Assembly (NCBI RefSeq): GCF_006345805.1
Contig: NC_043009.1
Coordinates: 22,630,001-22,694,000 of the forward strand
From: Octopus sinensis
Taxonomy: Eukaryota
Length of the DNA: 64,000 bases
Direction: 5' to 3'
A program made the position numbers and the translations under genes. The notes below the pieces were generated by a model. The model had not been told where the DNA came from and searched no databases. It saw only the letters and a program-made list of their open reading frames with translations. Positions 1-11,609 of the stretch are shown here, piece by piece; position 1 is the first letter of the stretch; each line of letters opens with the position of its first letter.

Positions 1-478
1 CCAGCTGTGAACCATCCAGTCTTTTTAGCAGCCTTTAGGACTACATTATTCAATCTGCCATGTTTCCTTCTTTATTACAGAGATGGTAGGGTGTGACTTG
101 AGGGAGATCCGGCTGCATCTTCTAGCAGATGGAACAGCTATGCAGAAGAGATTGTGGTGGTGGGAATGAAGGATCTGATGGTTCTTACTTCATCAACCTC
201 AAAAGGATGAAAGACAAAGTTGACTTCAGTGGAATTTGAACTCAAAACATAGTAAAGCTGAACAAAATGCTGCTCAGCATTTTGCCCAATATGCTAATGG
301 TTCTGCCAGTTTGCCTCCTTCAATAATAATAGTAATAATAATCTATTCTAATAAAGTCACAAGGCCAGCAATTTTTGAAGGGAAAGGGAAGTCAATTATA
401 TCAATCCCCAGTACTCAACTGGTACTTATTTCATCAACCCCCAAAAGGATGAAAGCCAAAGTTGACTTCTGCAGAATT

Positions 479-1345
479 TGGTAAGGAAAGTGGCGGAGAG
501 GGTTGTGGTGGCAGCAGAGATATGGAAATGGTGGTGGTGATCGAGATGGTGGTGGTAGTGTTCTTGGTGGGGATCATGTTGGTTTGGAAGTGTTGATATG
601 CTGTTGTTGTTTAGCTCTGGGTTAACTGTGATCAAGCAGAACCATGACCCATTACCAATGCCACTCCAACCAAGACCATCATCACCAACTACAACTGCAA
701 CCACCACCACCACCACCATAGGTATATATGTAGGTAAACATTATATCAATCATGCACATCCTTATATAAGGCAGTAGAGAGTAATCTGAGGGCAATTCAG
801 CTACTGAGGTGGTGGCAGCAGAGATATGGAAATGGTGGTGGTGATCGAGATGGTGGTGGTAGTGTTCTTGGTGGGGATCATGTTGGTTTGGAAGTGTTGA
901 TATGCTGTTGTTGTTTAGCTGATGGAAAAAAGAAGATAAAATGTTAGAGAAATAATTCAGATATGTTAGGCCTACTTTTGGTCTGTGGTGGTGATGGTGG
1001 TAGTGGTGGCAATCAAAATGGTGGTAAGGAAAGTGGCGGAGAGGGTTGTGGTGGCAGCAGAGATATGGAAATGGTGGTGGTGATCGAGATGGTGGTGGTA
1101 GTGTTCTTGGTGGGGATCATGTTGGTTTGGAAGTGTTGATATGCTGTTGTTGTTTAGCTCTGGGTTAACTGTGATCAAGCAGAACCATGACCCATTACCA
1201 ATGCCACTCCAACCAAGACCATCATCACCAACTACAACTGCAACCACCACCACCACCATAGGTATATATGTAGGTAAACATTATATCAATCATGCACATC
1301 CTTATATAAGGCAGTAGAGAGTAATCTGAGGGCAATTCAGCTACT
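479..1345. repeat. Local direct duplication: 479-805 and 1022-1345, plus a partial third copy at 809-920
   Basis: The two long copies match apart from one CAC unit. They produce the twin ORFs 426..719 and 972..1259. Confidence 0.9.
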
Positions 1346-1569
1346 ATTTCTAGGAGGCTAAGTGACCTAATAGAGGTACTTTCACTGTGTGCAGTGCTGT
1401 TGATGTTGTTGCTGATAGCAGTAATTAGGGTAATTAAGTTTTGTGTGCCTTTCATCCTTCCGGGGTCAATAAAATAAGTACTGGTTGCATACTGAGGTCG
1501 ATGTGATCAACTTATCCCCTTCCCTGAACATGCTGACCTTGTGCCAAAATCTGAATTCATCATTATTAA

Positions 1570-3470
1570 TTAAGGTAGCGAGCTGGCTGAATTGTTAGCA
1601 TGCAGGGCAAAATGCTTATCATTTCGCCTGTCTTTACATCCTGAGTTCAAACTGCACCAAGATCGACTTTGCCTTTCATTTTCTTAGGATTGTTAAAATA
1701 AGTACCAGTTGAGCACTGGGATTGATGTAATCAACTTAACCCCTCCCTCAAAATTACTGGCCTTGTACCAAAAGTTGAAACCATTATTATTGTTATTATT
1801 TCGCTTGTCACTACGTTCTGAGTTCAAATTCTGTCGAGGTCAACTTTGCCTTTCATCCTTTCCGGGTTGATAAATTAAGTACCAGTCCACCCCTGCAAAA
1901 AAAATTGCTGGCTTTGTGCCAAAATTTGAAATTAATATTATTATTATCATTATTATTATTTTGCTTGTCACTACATTCTAAGTTTAAATTCTGCTGAGTT
2001 CATCCTTTCAGGGTTGATAAGTTAAGTACCAGTTGAGTACTGGGGTAAATGTAATGAACTTAAACCCCTTTCCTAAAATTTCAGGCCTTGTGCCTATAGT
2101 AGAAAATATTATTATTATTATAAGGCAGCAAGGTGGTAGGATCTTTAGTATGTAGAACAAAATACTTCATGGCATTCTGTCAGTCTTTAAGTTCTGAGTT
2201 CAAATTCTGCAGAAGTCAACTTTGGCTTTCATCCTTTTGGGGGTTGATGAAATAAGTACCAGTTGAGTACTGGGGATTGATATAATTGACTTCCCTTTCC
2301 CTTCAAAAAATTGCTGGCCTTGTGACTTTATTAGAATAGATTATTATTACTATTATTATTGAAGGAGGCAAACTGGCAGAACCATTAGCATATTGGGCAA
2401 AATGCTGAGCAGCATTTTGTTCAGCTTTACTATGTTTTGAGTTCAAATTCCACTGAAGTCAACTTTGTCTTTCATCCTTTTGAGGTTGATGAAGTAAGAA
2501 CCAGTCAATTACAGGGGTTGATGGAATCAAGTAACCCCCATCTCCTAGAAATTTCAGGCCATAGTAGAAAGGATTATTACCTCTGCCTTAGCAAAAGCAG
2601 AGGTATTGTTTTCAGTCGTGTTTGTTTGTTGTTTGTCCACAGACAAGATATCTCAAGAACTGCTGGATGGATTTGGATGAAACTTTCAGGGAAGTTTGGC
2701 CTCATGACTGGCATGAACTGATTAGATTTTGGGATCAATTCATTACTGGACAAGGATTCTAGATTACTTTTCTGGTTTTTATATTTAATTTTTGAGAACA
2801 ATTGGGTTCATTTTTAGTATTCCTGTTTGTGAGAGCAGTTGAGTTTATTTCAGATATTCTCATTTTAAAAATGTGTCTGGGGAGAGTCATTTTCTTTTTG
2901 TGCCTTATAATGTAAAGAATCTTGCAAACCAAATCCCAAAACGAAACATTTTAAAAATCATCTCTGGCTAATCATTGAGAGGATGTTGGTGTTGCCTTGG
3001 CAGAGGTTTGCACTCTCTGAGTGCTCTTGTTATTATTATTATTATTATCATCATCATTATTATTAAAGTAGCATGCTGGCAGAAGCATTAGCATGCCAGG
3101 CAAAATTCTTACCAGCGTTACATTTGTCCTTACATTCTGAGTTCAAATTCAGCCATTCATCCTTTCAGCATCAATAAAATAAGTACCAGTGAAACATTGG
3201 GGGTCGATGTAATCAACTCATACCCTCCTCCCAGATTGCTGCCCTTGTGGCAAAATTTGAAACCATACTATTATAGGGCAGCAAGCTGACAGCATCATTA
3301 GCAGGTCAGACAATATGCTGAGAGACATTTCATCCATCTTTACAATTTGAGTTCAAATTCTTCCAAAGTTGACTTTATTTTTCATTCTTTGAGGGTCAGT
3401 AAAATAAGTACTAATTAAGCACTGGGGTTGATGTAATCAAATAGACCCTCCCCCCAAAATTGTACCTATA
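1570..3470 (+). mobile_element. Head-to-tail cluster of about 7 tRNA-headed SINEs (family B)
   Basis: Repeated AAGGCGGCGAGCTGGCAGAA..GAGTTCAAATTC head (A/B-box-like), shared core GACTTTGCCTTTCATCCTTTCGGGGTCGATAAATTAAGTACCAG, and (ATT)n tails. Confidence 0.8.
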
Positions 3471-3819
3471 GTATATTCTTATCATCATCATCATCATCAT
3501 CATCAAATATTCCTGTGGCAAATAAAAATAACCACCATCATCACCATTATTATCATCATCATTATTATTATCATCACTATTGCATGAATCTAGATAAAAG
3601 CAGAATGAATGTTGGTAAAGATGAAAGGGTCGGACGGAAAAGGGATTGACGGAATGTGAAAGTACAAAAGAAGAGGGAATGAGTGCAGTATGGAGCAACA
3701 CTGCGCAGGCACATCATCTCATGCTATTTTGCACAAATATCTCCTCCAGCCAGCCAACCTGCCACTCACTTCATCATCTGCTGACTGCTGTTATAAAGTA
3801 AAGAGACCCTTCCAACACT

Positions 3820-4100
3820 CCATCCATCATCATCATCACTACTAACATTCCCACCACCACCACCACCACCACCATTACCATCAACACCACTACTACCACT
3901 TCTACCAACAACACTACCATCATCACCACCACCATTTTCATGAACATTACCATCACAAACACTGCTGCCACCATTGCCATTACAACCACCAACACCAACA
4001 CTACCACTCTCACCCCATCATCATTATCACAACCACTACCAATTCCATCACTGACACCACCATCATCACTCCCACCACCACCACCACCACCACTACACCT
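3820..4100. repeat. (CAC/CAT)n low-complexity tract
   Basis: Direct reading. A similar tract is at 39870-40090. Confidence 0.9.
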
Positions 4101-4466
4101 CCCCCTACCATTGACCTTCCCAGTGCTGTTCCTGCACTTTTCAATCGCATACACTCATGACACCATCTCTTTAATTCTCTGGTTTAGTTGTTACTGAGTG
4201 TTTGTGTGTGTTCTGTTTGTCTTCTTTGTTTCCTTCTTCCAAAAGGCAAACAGCATCAACTGCCCCCCCCCCCACCCTAACTTTAACAGCTGCTGATTAA
4301 CCTACACATTCTCTCTCTCCTGTCACTCTTTCTTTTCCATTGATAAAAGACCTCCCATACATCTTGCAAAAGTTGTTATTACAGCAAAGTTTTAGTCAAT
4401 ATTTGAAAAACATCAATTTCAACCTACCTACCTACCTACATCATATATATATATATATATATATAG

Positions 4467-4831
4467 GTAGGCGTAGGAGTGGTTGCGGTAAGTAGCTTGC
4501 TTACGAACCACATGGTTCTGGGTTCAGTCCCACTGCTTGGCATCTTGGGCAAGTGTCTTCTACTATAGCCTCGGGCCAACCAAAGCCTTGTGAGTGGATT
4601 TGGTAGACGGAAACTGAAAGAAGCCCGTCGTATATATATATATGTGCGTGTGTGTGTGTATGTTTTTGTGTCTGTGTTTCTCCCCCCAACATCACTTGAC
4701 AACCGATGCTGGTGTGTTTATGTGCCCGTAACTTAGCAGTTCGGCAAAAGAGAACGATAGAATAAGTACTGGGCTTACAAATAATAAGTCCTGGGGTCAA
4801 ATGACTGAAACAAGTAAAAGAGAGTAAAGAG
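4467..4831 (+). mobile_element. Full-length tRNA-headed SINE, family A (CORE-like body)
   Basis: Head GGAGTGGCTGTGTGGTAAG..GGTTCAGTCCC, CORE-like segment CACCTTGGGCAAGTG, internal TA/TG microsatellite linker and (GTAAAAGA)n tail. More than 15 copies occur in the window. Confidence 0.8.
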
Positions 4832-4847
4832 TATATATATATATATA

Positions 4848-5313
4848 TCATCATCATCATCATCATCATTTAGCATCCGTTCTCCATGCTAGCATGGGTT
4901 GGACGGTTCAACTGGGGTCTGTGAAGCTGGAAGGCTTCATCAGGCCCAGTCAGATCTGGCAGTGTTTCTACGGCTGGATGCCCTTCCTAACGCCAACCAC
5001 TCTGTGAGTGTAGTGGGTGCTTTTTACGTGCCACCCGCACAGGTGCCAGACAGAGCTGGCAAACGGCCACAAACGGATGGTGCTTTTACGTGTCACCGGC
5101 ACGGGGCCAGGCGAGGCTGGCAACGGACACGAACGGATGGTGCTTTTACATGCTACCAACACGGGGGCCAGACAGAGCTGGCAAACGGCCACGAAACGGA
5201 TCGTGATTTTACGTGTCACCGGCACAGGGGCCAGGCGAGGCTGGCAACGGACACGAACGGATGGTGCTTTTACATGCCACCGACATGGGGGCCAGACAGG
5301 GCTGGCAAACGGC
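4848..5313 (-). mobile_element. 5'-truncated RTE LINE 3' UTR copy with ~60-bp tandem units and (GAT)n tail
   Basis: Homologous to the UTR that follows the RTE ORF end at ~30400-31064. Confidence 0.75.
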
Positions 5314-5595
5314 GTGTGTGTGTGTGTATATATATATATATGCAAGTTTGCTAAATACTAATGCACAAAACTCTTGGCCCATGAGTCACTCAATTTTTTC
5401 TGCTAAATATTAATATATATATACACTCACACACGTTTTGAGTTCTATTTTTCCTGTTTGCATCACCAGACCTGTACATATATATGTTTGTGCATATATG
5501 TATGTGTGCATATATATATATCCTTAAAATCCTTAAAAATGTTTTAGCCCGAAGGCCGCGGCTATGCTGGGGCACCACCGCTGAAAAATTAAGCT

Positions 5596-5661
5596 CGTCC
5601 CTGGGTGGGCTCGAACCACCAACCTTTTGGTTAACAGCCAAACGCGCTAACCGATTGCGCC

Positions 5662-5664
<3 letters not shown>
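5596..5664 (-). pseudogene. tRNA-Asn(GTT) copy lacking about the first 5 nt of the acceptor stem
   Basis: Reverse complement reads TGTGGCGCAATCGGTTAGCGCGTTTGGCTGTTAACCAAAAGGTTGGTGGTTCGAGCCCACCCAGGGACG. D, anticodon (GTT) and T arms are intact. The 5' GTCTC expected from the metazoan tRNA-Asn consensus is replaced by (TA)n. Confidence 0.9.
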
Positions 5665-5702
<38 letters not shown>

Positions 5703-5934
5703 CCAGCTCCTGTCAAACTGTCCAACTCATGCCAGCATCAAAAACAGACATTAAATGATGACGATGATATATATATATATACGTAGAAGGTTGAAAAAGA
5801 ACACACGAGTTCACGAGTTGATATATATGGAAAAAAAAGTCAAGGTAGAAAATGATAAAATAATTTTATAAAAAACATTTCAGCACCGGTTTCAATCATT
5901 GAGACTTTTTTCAAATGTAAGTCTGGAAAATACT

Positions 5935-6245
5935 TTGACGAGTGTTCTAGTTGATCTGATCAATAGAACAGCCTCCTTGTGAAATTAACGTGCAAGTGGC
6001 TGAGCACTCCACAGACACGCGTACACTTAACATAGTTCCCAGAGAGATTCAGCATGGCACAGAATGTGACATGGCTGGCCCTTTTAAATACAGGTACTTC
6101 TCATTTTTGCCAGTTGAGTGGATGGAGCAACATGAAATAAAGAGTCTTGCTCAAGGACACAACATGTCGCTGGGAATCGGAACTCATAACCTTATGATCG
6201 TGAGCCAAATACCCTAATCTCTGATCCACACACCTTCATGTGCCT
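5935..6245 (-). mobile_element. SINE-like dispersed repeat (family D)
   Basis: Homologous in reverse to 33790-34100 and 39062-39392. Confidence 0.55.
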
Positions 6246-6405
6246 AACGACTATACACATAAGAGGATAGATCAATTATGAGGAGGCTTCTTCTATGAAA
6301 CTGTGTCAAGATAAGACCAGTTTCAAGTTCCTAATCTTTTAGCTTTTCATGAGTGAGACCCGTGATTTCCCCACACTCAGATGTGGGGCATGGGAAATAA
6401 TTTAA

Positions 6406-6626
6406 CCCTTTAGCATTTAAACCAACCATATCCGGCCAAAAGTATTCTGCCAGTTTTATGTTCAAACTGGCCAGGTCTGGTCTCTCACACTAACCCGACA
6501 ATATCGTTTTAAAAATTAACAGTTACCTCATCAAAATCTCATAGCTACAAGATAATGCATGATTAGTTCAAGGCAATGTGGATGAAAAAGCACTAATTTT
6601 GGTAGAATAATGCGAACACTAAAGGG
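6406..6626. mobile_element. piggyBac-type MITE
   Basis: TTAA|CCCTTTAG...CTAAAGGG|TTAA termini with TTAA on both sides. Relatives at 23465-23690 and 48922-49119. Confidence 0.8.
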
Positions 6627-6737
6627 TTAAGGGGCACAGAATGATTTTCAGTTTATAATTTTCCCTTTTTTTGTTTCTTTCAATATTTATACTTATGTTA
6701 TATTTTGATTTGAGATCAAAACTGATTGAAAACTAGT

Positions 6738-7116
6738 CTCTTTTACTTGGTTCAGGCATTTGACTGTGGCCATGCTGGAGCACCACCTTTTTAGTCAAGC
6801 AAATCGAACCCAGGACTTATTCTTTGTAAGCCTAGTACTTATTCTATCGGTCTCTTTTGCCGAACCGCTAAGTCATGGGGGACGTAAACACACCAGCATC
6901 GGTTGTCAAGTGATGTTGGGAGGACAAACACAGACACACAAACACACATATATACATATACATACATATATATATATATATATAATTGCAGCGTGGATGG
7001 TGCATCGAACGGCTTTTATGTGTTTCTTAAATGGCTTACAAACACCTTCCACGCTGCAATTGTTTTCATTTCAGCACACGATCTCAGATCAAATCACTTG
7101 CTATGCGAGTACATCT

Positions 7117-7173
<57 letters not shown>

Positions 7174-7318
7174 TATATACATACATATATATATACGACA
7201 GGCTTCTTTCAGTTTCCGTATAGTAGAAGACACTTGCCCAAGGTGCCACGCAGTGGGACTGAACCCGGAACCATGTGGTTCGTAAGCAAGCTACTTACCA
7301 CACCAACACTCCTACGCC
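6738..7318 (-). mobile_element. Family A SINE with a foreign ~135-bp insert (6984-7120) in its microsatellite linker
   Basis: Reverse complement of the family A head and tail. Confidence 0.8.
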
Positions 7319-8454
7319 TATGTAGGAGTGTAGAAGTTAATATTTTCTAGAAGGGAATAAAGTATTTAAGAGATAAAAGAAGGAGATAAAGTGCAAAATT
7401 TGTTGACAAGAAAATGACTACAATGTCATTGCTTGTAGCTCATGGATTTCTGGAAAAGCATTAAGCACAGACAGACACACAAACACACATCACCATCATT
7501 TGACATCCACTTTTCCATGCCCACATGAGCCAGATGAAATTTGCTAAGGTAATTTTTCTACAACTGGATGCCCTTCCTGTCACCAACATTTACCCATTTC
7601 TAAGCAAGGAACTATTTCTTATGCGGGTACGAAATGAACTTCTTAAACTATAGAGCCACATCTTTAAAAACTCGAATGAAATATTCTCTAACCCTTAATA
7701 TATTAATTAAATTATAATTGCTTGGATTATAAAACTACCTCTTTAGAGACGGATATTTTAATTTTTATATTTTGATGTAAATATTTCTCTAAAAATGTCA
7801 TTTCTCAAATATTAACCTATAGAAATGAGATTAATATTCCAGTAATTATTATCTTATTAACAACTATTAACACTAATTATAATCTTATTAATAACAACTA
7901 TTCATCTTAGACCTTTTATACATTTAAAGAAAATATTTTTATTTAAACGATGATCGTAAATTACAAATCTTTAATTACAAATAATTAGAGCCAGAAAGTT
8001 CTGCCTACGTCTTGGACAATAAATCTGAAGATACTTTATGGAGAAATAAAATTTGGTCTTAGATTGGGGCTTATTGTAGCCTTAGGGATAGGCTGACCCC
8101 CCACCTACTCAAAAAATGTGTGAATTTTCTTAAAACTTCTATATCTAAGCTGGTGCTTAAGATGGAGAACTGTTTTATGATGAATGAAATGCATTGGTTT
8201 TGTGTTTTGTTCAATTTTGAAAATAGCCAAGATTAGGAGCGATGTCAACTCTGCCCTTCATCCTTTCCTGGTCAATTCAAGTACTAGAGTCAACTAGCAT
8301 TATGACCTGTCGTTACCGGGTCATAGTGCTAGTGCATATATATATGTGTATATATATGTGTACATATTACATGTACATCTATATACATACATCTACACAT
8401 AAAATACAAAATACAAAGTTATAACAATACTCAAAATATATAACAGACTGGAAC

Positions 8455-8900
8455 TGTAGGCCTGTCTCTTGCAATTTCGATCAATTGTGTTTTGTCCTCT
8501 CTCTTGTATAGAAGTGTGGCTACAATCCAGCCTACCTCTACTTCTTGGGGGGACATTTTAAATTTTTATCCGGGACGTCCTACGTCCCAGATATAAAGGT
8601 AAAAATAAAATATTTCCACTTTGCAAGGTTCGAGTCGAGTACTCCCTTGACTTGAACCTTGCTTCTATTGTGGCGAATTTACCACTTCTAGTTAGATATC
8701 TTTCCTAGTCACACCAAGACACTTTCTTCCAGGTGTTCAAATTTTTTTTTTCTTCTCTACATTGTATACTTTATAGACAATAGTCTTTTCTTTAATTTAA
8801 TTTTTTATTTCGTTTGGTGGTGTTATCCTAGATTCACCGTCTTTGTCGGTGATCAATCCGTATTTCTTCCATTTTAATTTCAATGAGTTTGCACCCACTG
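8455..8900 (-). pseudogene. Decayed ORF, possibly a LINE (L1/Tx1-type) ORF1 fragment
   Basis: Hand translation across stops and frameshifts gives KWKKYGLITDKDGESRIT..VYKVYNVE..YLGRRTSRIKI*NVPP/EVEVGWIVATLLY. The family assignment is only an impression. Confidence 0.3.
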
Positions 8901-11376
8901 ACGGCTGCAGTGAAATTCATTTTTGGACTTTCTTCTATCGAAGGCATTCTAACAAAAATGCTTCTGTGTAAACGGTGAAAATATTGTCAATTTCCCCAAA
9001 CAGGGACACAATTCAATTTTTAAACAATAACCAAAGCTCCTTCTCCCAAAGGGGGAGGGTTACAGTTTACAATTATTTAACAAATGCAACACAACAATGT
9101 TTCCTTTACGAGGAACCAACAAACATGATAACAATAGTTAAACAATAATAATAATAACAACAAACCTTACGATGAGTCAGAAAGTAGTAAGCAGTTGAAG
9201 CTTTAGTCCTTTATGTATAAGAAATAAACCAACAGCAGCACCGGCTGTTCAAGAAAACAGATATTACATACAGCCAAACTTCATATAGATACTTAATGGT
9301 AGCTAATTAGCAGATAATCTAATGTAAAAGCACAGCTCCATCTGGACTATTCCATTTCTGCATGCCAATTTTATTTTTAATTTATTCCCATTCAAGTTCA
9401 AGTCAATGATGCAATTTTATACCAATTGCTATTTTTACTTTTGTTATGTTACGATTGTATTATACTTTAGTTTGATTTTAATTATTGCTTACTACATATA
9501 ATTCAATTGTTATTATTATTTTTATTGTTAAAGTGAAAGTATCTGACATAAAATAGAGAAATGTTTTTGTTTCACTTTTAACACGTAATACTGAAATAGT
9601 GGAGAAGATATGATATTGCTATGGGCTCGCTCTAGGCAAGAAGTTGAACATTTTTTTTGCCCATGAAACTACATGGAGCCTAAGTAAGGCATGTGTAAAA
9701 TTTGAATGAAATTGGTTGTGTAGTTCTCAAGTTTTAGGGAAACACACAGACAGACACACATTCTCAGTTTTATATATATAGAGATGATGTCGACTAACTC
9801 ACTTCCCAAAATTTCAGGCCATGTGCTGATACTGGAAACAATTATTATTTTTTTATTAAGATGGTGAGTTGGTAGAATCATTAGTGAGTCAGACAAAAAG
9901 CTGAGTGACATTTCTTCAAGCTATTTGCATTCTAAGTTCAAATTTCTCCAAGGTCAAATTTGCCTTTTAAGCTTTCAGGGTTGTTAAAATAAAAACCTGT
10001 TGAATACCGGGTTTGATATAACCAGTTTATCCCCCTCCCTTCAGACTGCTGGCCTTGTGGCAAAATTTGAAACCAATATGATTATTACTACAGGGTGGTG
10101 GGTTGGCAGAGATATTAGAAAAATGGGCAAAGTATCTTGCAGTATTTCTTCCAGTTCGTTTCCTTCTGAGTTCAAACCCTGCCAATATCAACTTTGCCTT
10201 TCATCCTTTTGAGATCAATAAAATAAAGTATCAATCAAGTGCTAGGGTCAAGGGCATTGACCTAGTCCCTTCCTTGAAAAATTGCTGACCTTGCATCAGA
10301 ATTAGGAATTCAGCAGCATTTCTTCAAATCCTTTGGCTTCTTAGTTCAAATCTTTCTTAGGTCCATTTTGCCTTTCATCCTTTCGGGGTCAATAAAATAA
10401 AGTACCATACATGTCCATAAAAAAAATGAAATCTTAAAATTTCACTGTATTTAGATTAAACATTATGGTAAGCTTTCACAATCTGGAAGAGAAGGACAGT
10501 ATGCAGCTGTTAGCTACAGATGTTGACTATATACTGAACTTTTCGTATGTTCAGTCAGTATGCTTCCCTGTGAGTTCATGTCCAAACAAGTAGGAGCAGG
10601 TTTTGCATAGCAAAAACACAACCAGGGGCATATATGGGTTAGTACTTTTAATAAAATAAAATACCAGTCAAGTTAGTCGTACTGATTTACTCCCTCGTCT
10701 GAAGAATTGCTAGCCTTGTGTCTAACTTAGAAACTATTGTTAAGCCACCAGTGTTTGGAATAGATCACAACAAAATATTCTTAAATAAAATTGTGATGGA
10801 CAGGCACTTAAAAGGATAAGGTATTATATTATAGAACCAGATGTAGACTTAGGCAGGTTGGTCACATGGGTTAAAATAAATGACCAGCTTTGGATATCCA
10901 CTGCCATGTTCGTATTAACCTTGGGAAATATTATGCAAATATCTAACCTGAACAGGAAACCACATAATTTTCCCCACCTTCTCCAGATTCTCTCACATTT
11001 AGAAAGAAATTATTGCTTATATTAACCCTTTTCACGAAACACATGGTTTAGTTCTTTCAATAAATTTTTAGTGTAATGAAGAATTTTCAGAGATTCAGAA
11101 AATAAAATAAAGATTATTATCATGGATCTTCAAAAGCAGGTTTGGTATTGCTCTGCTCTATAACCAGGATGACCTTCTTGTTGCTAACCTTTACATTTTC
11201 AAGTAAAGGATTTCTTTATTCCATATTTCATCAAAAGAACAAAGCCAGTGGATTATTCCCGACAGGAGAAATTATAAAAATGTCACCACTTGTAGCTTTG
11301 AAGAAGTGCAAATGTAAACAAACATAGAGAAACACATACATGCACACACACACACGACGGGTATCTTTCAGTTTCT

Positions 11377-11609
11377 TATTTCTTTATTGCCCACAAGGTG
11401 CTAAACATAGAGAGGACAAACAAGGACAGACAAAGGGATTAAGTCGATTACATCAACCCTAGTGCGTAACTGGTACTTAATTTATCGACCCCCAAAAGGA
11501 TGAAAGGCAAAGTTGACCTTGGCAAAATTTGAACCCAGAATGTAATGGCAGACGAAATACTGCTAAGCATTTTGCCTGACGTGCTAACGATTCTGCCAGC
11601 TCGCCGCCT
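11377..11609 (-). mobile_element. Family B SINE with Tx1-like tail, nested in a family A SINE with a 13-bp TSD
   Basis: TCTTTCAGTTTCT is duplicated at 11364-11376 and 11610-11622. Confidence 0.85.

Noticed and set aside
4990-5313. CRISPR-like look of ~60-bp periodic repeats with variable middles
   Set aside because: The units are a VNTR in an RTE 3' UTR. The variable parts are homologous to each other, the context is eukaryotic and there are no cas genes.
7620-7990. Very AT-rich stretch considered as a mitochondrial insertion (FLYFDVNISL vaguely like ND3)
   Set aside because: No continuous frame under the invertebrate mitochondrial code and no other motif. Needs BLASTN to settle.
10441-10473. 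Possible 13-nt plus-strand microexon (TTTAG|ATTAAACATTATG|GTAAGC)
   Set aside because: Such matches are expected by chance in 64 kb of AT-rich DNA, and there are no neighbouring exons or recognisable peptide.
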